A stretch of DNA of 64,000 nt from an uncultured Bacillota bacterium. GTDB lineage: Bacteria; Bacillota; Clostridia; Christensenellales; QAND01. Below, piece by piece: positions 57,847-64,000 of the stretch; positions within the stretch are counted from its first letter, which is position 1; each line of letters opens with the position of its first letter. Made by a program: the position numbers and the translations under genes. The notes under the pieces are model-generated. The model was not told the origin of the DNA. It was given only the letters and a program-made list of their open reading frames with translations, and ran no database searches. The stretch spans positions 44,688-108,687 of the forward strand of contig CAJJKN010000003.1 in assembly GCA_905188085.1 (NCBI GenBank). The letters are read 5' to 3'.

Positions 57847-59228
57847 TGCTCCTTTTTCTGCGTATCGTAATATTGTTCCAGCTGCTTGTTGGAAAGGCGT
57901 TTTAGTTCCTGCCTTGGCAGCATACGCAATAGCTCCCAGCCAAGATCCAAGGTCTGTTCGATGGTGCGGTTTGTTTCAAAGCCCTGGCAAAGGTAGCGCT
58001 GTTCAAATGCCTCGGCAAATTTGGCATATTGCAAATCCGTCTCCGTCAAGGCGGATTCTCCCAAAATCACCATCAATTCCCCGGCCTGTTTCCCCCTGGC
58101 ATAGGCGGAAAACAGCTGGTTCATCGTGTTTGCGTGGTCCTCCCTGGTTTTTCCTTCCCCAATGCCTTTGTCCTTCAGCCTGGAAAGAGAGGGCAGCACA
58201 TCAATCGGCGGCAGCACGTTTTTTCGATACAGCTCTCTGGACAGCAAAATCTGTCCTTCCGTGATATAGCCGGTCAAATCCGGAATCGGATGGGTCTTGT
58301 CGTCCTCCGGCATGGTTAAAATGGGGATCATGGTAATGCTGCCCGCTTTGCCAACCTGCCGGCCCGCCCGTTCATACAGCGAGGCCAAATCCGTATACAT
58401 ATAGCCCGGATATCCCCGCCGCCCCGGCACCTCTTTGCGCGCCGCCGAGATTTCCCGTAGCGCATCGGCATAGTTTGTCATATCCGTCAGCAGCACCAGC
58501 ACATGCATATCCCGCTCAAACGCCAGATATTCCGCCGCCGTCAACGCCATGCGCGGCGTGGCAATGCGCTCTATGGCCGGGTCGTTTGCCAGGTTGATAA
58601 ACAATACCGTCCTATCCAGCGCCCCGGTTTGGCGAAAGCTTTCTGTGAAAAAGTTTGCCTCTTCAAAGGTGATCCCAATGGCGGCAAACACCACGGCAAA
58701 CGCATCGTCTGTGCCGCGCACCTGCGCCTGGCGCGCAATCTGCGCTGCCAATTGCGCATGTGGCAGGCCGCTGGCCGAAAAAATCGGCAGTTTCTGTCCG
58801 CGTACCAGGGTGTTGAGCCCGTCGATGGCCGAAATGCCCGTTTGTATAAATTCCTCCGGATATTGCCTTGCCACCGGGTTGATCGGTACCCCGTTTACAT
58901 CCCGGTACTCTTCCGCCATCAGCGGCGGCCCCTGGTCAATCGGCCGGCCCAATCCATCAAACACGCGGCCCAGCATGTCCGGCGAAACCGGCAATTCCAT
59001 CTGCCGCCCGGAAAACCGTACTTTGCTGGTCTGTAAATTGATCCCTGCCGCATTTTCAAACAACTGCACCAGCGCTTTGTCGCCTTCCACTTCCAGTACG
59101 CGGCAGCGCCTGGTTTCGCCGTTTTCCAGCTCTATTTCGCCCAGTTCATTATACGTTACGCCCTTTACCCGGCGCACCAGCATCAGCGGGCCCGCCACCT
59201 CTTCAATGGTTTTGTATTCAGTCGGCAT
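57843..59228 (-). CDS. ntpB: V-type ATP synthase subunit B
   Basis: [14 protein letters not shown]…, 461 aa, fits the non-catalytic B subunit. Confidence 0.9.
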   Translation of the reverse strand: MPTEYKTIEEVAGPLMLVRRVKGVTYNELGEIELENGETRRCRVLEVEGDKALVQLFENAAGINLQTSKVRFSGRQMELPVSPDMLGRVFDGLGRPIDQGPPLMAEEYRDVNGVPINPVARQYPEEFIQTGISAIDGLNTLVRGQKLPIFSASGLPHAQLAAQIARQAQVRGTDDAFAVVFAAIGITFEEANFFTESFRQTGALDRTVLFINLANDPAIERIATPRMALTAAEYLAFERDMHVLVLLTDMTNYADALREISAARKEVPGRRGYPGYMYTDLASLYERAGRQVGKAGSITMIPILTMPEDDKTHPIPDLTGYITEGQILLSRELYRKNVLPPIDVLPSLSRLKDKGIGEGKTREDHANTMNQLFSAYARGKQAGELMVILGESALTETDLQYAKFAEAFEQRYLCQGFETNRTIEQTLDLGWELLRMLPRQELKRLSNKQLEQYYDTQKKEQ

Positions 59229-61002
59229 CGTTTTCCTCCTCCCTTGGCAAGGCGCTTTCTATCTCCCGGTTCAGCGCCTGCAAAATGCGCTGTTGTTCCG
59301 TTTCTCCCTGTTCTTCCGGCACATATTTAAACCGCCCGATCTTTTCGCGCACCGGCAAAGCCAATACGCGCTCCACCGGCGCCCCCTGTTCCAATGCCGT
59401 AAGCGCCCGGTCGTAATAGGCCAAAATCAGCAGCATCATCCGATATTGTTTTACAAGGCTGGTGTAGGTGTCCACCTGGTCAAACGCCACCTGGTGCAAA
59501 AAATCTTCCCGGATAGAGCGCGCCGTTTCCAGCTTCAGCCTATCCGCAGGCGAAAGCGCATCCATCCCGATCAGCTTTACAATTTCTTCCAATTCCGCCT
59601 CCTGGCTTAAAATAAGCAGCAGCCTGTGCCGCAGGGCAGGCCAATCCTCCGCTACATTTTTCTTAAACCAGCCCGCCAGCGAATCCACATACAGCGAATA
59701 GCTCGTCAGCCAGTTGATCGCAGGAAAATGCCGCCTGTATGCCAACTGTGCATCCAGCCCCCAAAACACCTTGACGATGCGCAGCGTGGCCTGCGATACC
59801 GGCTCGGAAATATCCCCGCCCGGCGGCGATACGGCGCCGATGATGGTAAGCGCACCTTCGCCTTTTTCCGTGCCCAAAGGCACAATCCTGCCGGCCCGCT
59901 CGTAAAACTGCGCCAACCGGCTGCCCAAATAGGCCGGGTATCCTTCTTCGCCCGGCATTTCCTCCAGCCGGCCGCTCATTTCCCGCAAAGCTTCTGCCCA
60001 GCGCGAGGTGGAATCCGCCATCAGCGCCACGGAATATCCCATGTCCCTGAAATATTCGGCAATGGTCACTCCCGTATAGATCGAAGCTTCCCGCGCCGCC
60101 ACCGGCATATCCGAAGTATTGGCAATCAACACGGTGCGTTCCATCAAAGAACGTCCGGTGCGCGGGTCTATCAGCGCCGGAAATTCATTTAACACGTCCG
60201 TCATCTCGTTGCCGCGCTCTCCGCAGCCGATATATACCACAATATCCGCTTCGGCCCATTTGGCCAGCTGGTGCTGCGTCACGGTTTTCCCGCTGCCAAA
60301 CGGCCCCGGGATGGCCGCCACGCCGCCCTTTGCCAGCGGAAACAGGCAGTCTATCACCCGCTGCCCCGTAATCAACGGCCTGTCCGGCGCCAGTTTTTTG
60401 GCATAGGGGCGCGCCTTTCGCACCGGCCAGCGCTGCATCAGCGTCAGTTCCTTTTCCCCTTGCGGGGTTTCGATTCGGCCGATCGGCCGGTCTACGGTGT
60501 ATGTGCCCGCCTTTAATTCCGTCAGCGTTCCTTCAAAGCCCGGCGGCACCATGATTTTCTGCGTCACCAGCCCGGTCTCTTCCACCGTGCCCAGCACATC
60601 GCCGGGACGCACCTGCTGCCCCGGTTCCATGGCCGGCACAAACTTCCATTCCTTTTCCCGATCCAGCGACGGCACCTTAACCCCGCGCTCCAAATTGTTT
60701 CCCACCGCGCGGTAGATCCCGTCCAGCGGGCGCTGTATGCCGTCAAAAATGCTGCCGATCAGCCCTGGGCCCAATTCTACGGACAGCGGGTGCCCGTCGC
60801 TTTCCACCGGTTCACCCACGCCCAGGCCGCCCGTTTCCTCATATACCTGAATAGAGGCCGTCTCGCCGTGCATTTCTATAATTTCGCCGATCAATTTCAA
60901 ATGTCCCACGCGCACCACGTCAAACAAATTGGCATGCTGCATCTGATCGGCCATCACCAACGGGCCCGCCACTTTTACAATGCGTCCTATTTGCTGCTTC
61001 AT
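59218..61002 (-). CDS. ntpA: V-type ATP synthase catalytic subunit A
   Basis: The P-loop GPFGSGKTV and [13 protein letters not shown] are present. Start taken at [11 protein letters not shown], which overlaps the upstream stop codon (ATGA). Confidence 0.9.
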   Translation of the reverse strand: MKQQIGRIVKVAGPLVMADQMQHANLFDVVRVGHLKLIGEIIEMHGETASIQVYEETGGLGVGEPVESDGHPLSVELGPGLIGSIFDGIQRPLDGIYRAVGNNLERGVKVPSLDREKEWKFVPAMEPGQQVRPGDVLGTVEETGLVTQKIMVPPGFEGTLTELKAGTYTVDRPIGRIETPQGEKELTLMQRWPVRKARPYAKKLAPDRPLITGQRVIDCLFPLAKGGVAAIPGPFGSGKTVTQHQLAKWAEADIVVYIGCGERGNEMTDVLNEFPALIDPRTGRSLMERTVLIANTSDMPVAAREASIYTGVTIAEYFRDMGYSVALMADSTSRWAEALREMSGRLEEMPGEEGYPAYLGSRLAQFYERAGRIVPLGTEKGEGALTIIGAVSPPGGDISEPVSQATLRIVKVFWGLDAQLAYRRHFPAINWLTSYSLYVDSLAGWFKKNVAEDWPALRHRLLLILSQEAELEEIVKLIGMDALSPADRLKLETARSIREDFLHQVAFDQVDTYTSLVKQYRMMLLILAYYDRALTALEQGAPVERVLALPVREKIGRFKYVPEEQGETEQQRILQALNREIESALPREEENDAD

Positions 61003-61322
61003 TTTTCTCCGCCTTCCCATAGGCTTGCGCCCACCGCGCGTTGAATGTGCTGCGCCATCTGTGTTTTCCCCTGTCCGGTATTTCCTTCTTGTCCCGGAAT
61101 GAGCACCACCGCCGGCACAGCCTGTTGATACAGTTTTTCCAAACTTTCTTCCATCTCTGCCGCCAGCGCTTCCGTTATGCACAACACCGCGCAGTCCGTC
61201 TTTTGAATACGCCGCAACGCCTTGTTTCCCTGCACCGCGTTTTCTGCCGGATACAGCGTCAGCCCCAGCGCGCCAAAGGGCAAAATGCTCTCATAATCGC
61301 CCAAAATTGCCCAGTTCGCCAT
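60999..61322 (-). CDS. ntpF: V-type ATP synthase subunit F
   Basis: [25 protein letters not shown]…, ~107 aa. The track ORF is over-extended at its 5' end through the stop of the upstream gene. Confidence 0.75.
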   Translation of the reverse strand: MANWAILGDYESILPFGALGLTLYPAENAVQGNKALRRIQKTDCAVLCITEALAAEMEESLEKLYQQAVPAVVLIPGQEGNTGQGKTQMAQHIQRAVGASLWEGGEK

Positions 61323-62257
61323 TACAGGCTTCGCCTCCTGTCCTTTGCCTCTTTGCCCGGGGTCGGCGCCGTCAACGCCAGATACACCGTTTCCGCCTCC
61401 GCCTTTGCCCGCAAATAATAGGCTGCCAGCGGCCCCGGGCCGAAGATTTGCCCGTTGGCCTTTTGCGCCGTTTTCAACGCCAATCCGTCGCACCACGCTT
61501 CAAACGCCGCGCCCGGTTTCGTTTCCATCTGCTCCGCCGCCGCTGTGTGCCCGTTTTCCCGCCAATACGAGGCCAGCGCCTTGGGGCCTGCCGCAGCCGC
61601 CTTGCTCCAGCTTTTTATCTCTATTTCGCTCTGAGGGCACAAAACAGATGCTATCTGTTTTTCGTTGGCTTTTTGCATCGCGCCTTGGTACGCCGCTTTA
61701 TAGTTTTCCGCCAGCACCATCGCACCCGCTATATGCTTTAACAGCTCGTCTCCTGTTTCCTCGGCCAATGCCAGCGTGGCCGCCAGCCCGTCTTTATGCA
61801 GGGCAGACAGCACCGCTGGCCCGTCTCCGCTTCCCTGCAATGCCTTTTCCGCACGTTTTTCCGGTTCACGCAGCCAATCGGGCAGTGCGTCTTCGTTTCC
61901 TTTCAAAGCCTGCGTTAACGTTTCCGGGTCTGTCAGGCACGGTTTTTCCCATACGGTTCTGTCTATCCCCCGTGCCTTTGACAGCAACGCCGCGGCCGCA
62001 TTTTGAAAATCGTTTTGCACAATCAAAAACCGAAACGCCTCCGGCTGCGGCGCCCATTGCATCAGCCGGCGCCAGGCCTGTTCTTTATGCGCTTGGCACA
62101 TCTTTTCCGCCGGCTGTTCCGTCTGCCAGCCCTTTTCCTGCAAAAGCCTTAAACACTGCTGTTTCGGGCCGTATATCCGATCCAGCGTCTGCTCGTCCCA
62201 TTGCCTGTCAAGCGTTCTTGCCGCGGCCACGGCAAACGCATAGTCCTGCGGGTTCAT
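61322..62257 (-). CDS. ntpC: V-type ATP synthase subunit C (V0 d-like)
   Basis: 311 aa, at the expected position in the ntp operon. Confidence 0.75.
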   Translation of the reverse strand: MNPQDYAFAVAAARTLDRQWDEQTLDRIYGPKQQCLRLLQEKGWQTEQPAEKMCQAHKEQAWRRLMQWAPQPEAFRFLIVQNDFQNAAAALLSKARGIDRTVWEKPCLTDPETLTQALKGNEDALPDWLREPEKRAEKALQGSGDGPAVLSALHKDGLAATLALAEETGDELLKHIAGAMVLAENYKAAYQGAMQKANEKQIASVLCPQSEIEIKSWSKAAAAGPKALASYWRENGHTAAAEQMETKPGAAFEAWCDGLALKTAQKANGQIFGPGPLAAYYLRAKAEAETVYLALTAPTPGKEAKDRRRSL

Positions 62258-62850
62258 TGTTTTGCGCCCTCGCCGCTCAAAATGCGCGCCACCAGGCCCA
62301 GCAGCACGTTTCTCTTTTCCTGCAAAATGGCCTGCAACGTACAGTTTTGCTCCATGTCCGCATAACGAAGGATAAAGCCGCTTTTCACCGTGTCGGATGC
62401 TTTCATCGTCAAAGCCGCCCCTTGGGGCAAATGCGGCTGCATGGTTTGCATAAACTCTTTCGGCACGCGCGCCACATCCTCTTTGGCCATCACCAAAACG
62501 CCCGGCTCTGCCAGCGCATTTTTCACAATCCTATCCTGCAAAAACGCAAAGTACCGCTCGTCTTGCCTGGCCGCCTCCAGGGCTTTTGCAAACACGCTTT
62601 CAATGCGCTTTGCCTTTTCCCATAATAAGGCGTCCCGTTCCTCTTTTTGCGCGGCGGCCTGCGCTTGTTTATAGGCAAATGCCGCTTTTAATTCCGCCTG
62701 TCCGTATTGCTTTTGCATTTTTTCCTTCGCCTCCTTATACGCCTGTTCGCTGTATTGGCTTGCGGCCTGTTCCGCCTCGGCCAAAATCTTTTCCGCCCGC
62801 TCGTCTGCCTGCTCTTCAATGGCCTGCAGCACGTTGGATAATCCTGTCAT
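62254..62850 (-). CDS. ntpE: V-type ATP synthase subunit E
   Basis: A coiled-coil, A/E/K/Q-rich N-terminus and a ~198-aa length fit the E subunit. Confidence 0.75.
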   Translation of the reverse strand: MTGLSNVLQAIEEQADERAEKILAEAEQAASQYSEQAYKEAKEKMQKQYGQAELKAAFAYKQAQAAAQKEERDALLWEKAKRIESVFAKALEAARQDERYFAFLQDRIVKNALAEPGVLVMAKEDVARVPKEFMQTMQPHLPQGAALTMKASDTVKSGFILRYADMEQNCTLQAILQEKRNVLLGLVARILSGEGAKQ

Positions 62851-62868
62851 TGCCCCTCACCCACTTTT

Positions 62869-64000
<1,132 letters not shown>

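Noticed and set aside
58549-59610. 353-aa plus-strand ORF
   Set aside because: It is antisense to ntpB and ntpA, which both have unmistakable motifs.
61345-62625. 426-aa Pro/Ala-rich plus-strand ORF
   Set aside because: It is antisense to ntpF, ntpC and ntpE, and shows the compositional bias typical of GC-rich antisense frames.

Overview
This window is 64 kb of a high-GC (~55-58%) Firmicutes/Clostridia-type chromosome, compact and with strong Shine-Dalgarno sites; it looks like a gut anaerobe, given the bile-salt hydrolase, the butyryl-CoA:acetate CoA-transferase-like fragment and the V-type ATPase. In order, the window contains:
- 1-1.5 kb: the 3' end of an acetyl-CoA hydrolase/transferase gene and a small Cys-rich gene.
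- 1.6-9.6 kb: a minus-strand rhamnose-containing cell-wall polysaccharide locus with three GT2 glycosyltransferases, a Wzm/Wzt-type ABC exporter and rmlCBDA.
- 9.9-10.4 kb: a frameshifted GNAT acetyltransferase.
- 10.5-14.8 kb: a regulator-less sugar catabolic operon (FGGY kinase, FucI-like isomerase, and a 403-aa protein I cannot place).
- 15-20 kb: darA (c-di-AMP receptor), an M23 peptidase with an Asn-rich linker, an M42 peptidase and two tandem EamA transporters.
- 20-28 kb: small accessory genes (DUF1330, a methyltransferase, a flavodoxin, a membrane protein plus DUF4097 lipoprotein pair, Cys-rich KTR, TetR, a membrane-flavodoxin fusion).
- 28-41.6 kb: gltX-nudix-glnS, an M1 peptidase, a dnaB(Bsu)-like/dnaI pair, a pentapeptide-repeat protein, a deoK/rbsK-deoC operon, DUF218, radC and pepV.
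- 41.66-41.87 kb: two tRNA-Ser genes.
- 42.3-45.8 kb, immediately downstream of the tRNAs after a 450-bp AT-rich gap: two translationally coupled paralogous WYL-domain proteins followed by an RtcB RNA ligase. This PafBC-like sensor pair coupled to RNA repair is my top candidate for an uncharacterised system.
- 46-56 kb: methyltransferase, MBL hydrolase, MntR/DtxR-like regulator, a Cys-rich gene interrupted by an in-frame TAG, a bile-salt hydrolase, EFR1 flavodoxin-ferredoxin, a second M42 peptidase, a P-loop NTPase, a second FucI-like protein and an amidase-SH3.
- 56-57.2 kb: an unusual 87-aa Cys/Ser/Thr-rich protein and a 53-aa protein that the >=60-aa ORF track missed.
- 57.2-64 kb: an overlapping V-type ATPase operon (I-K-E-C-F-A-B-D, subunit I running off the window).
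I saw no CRISPR array, no IS/transposase and no rRNA.
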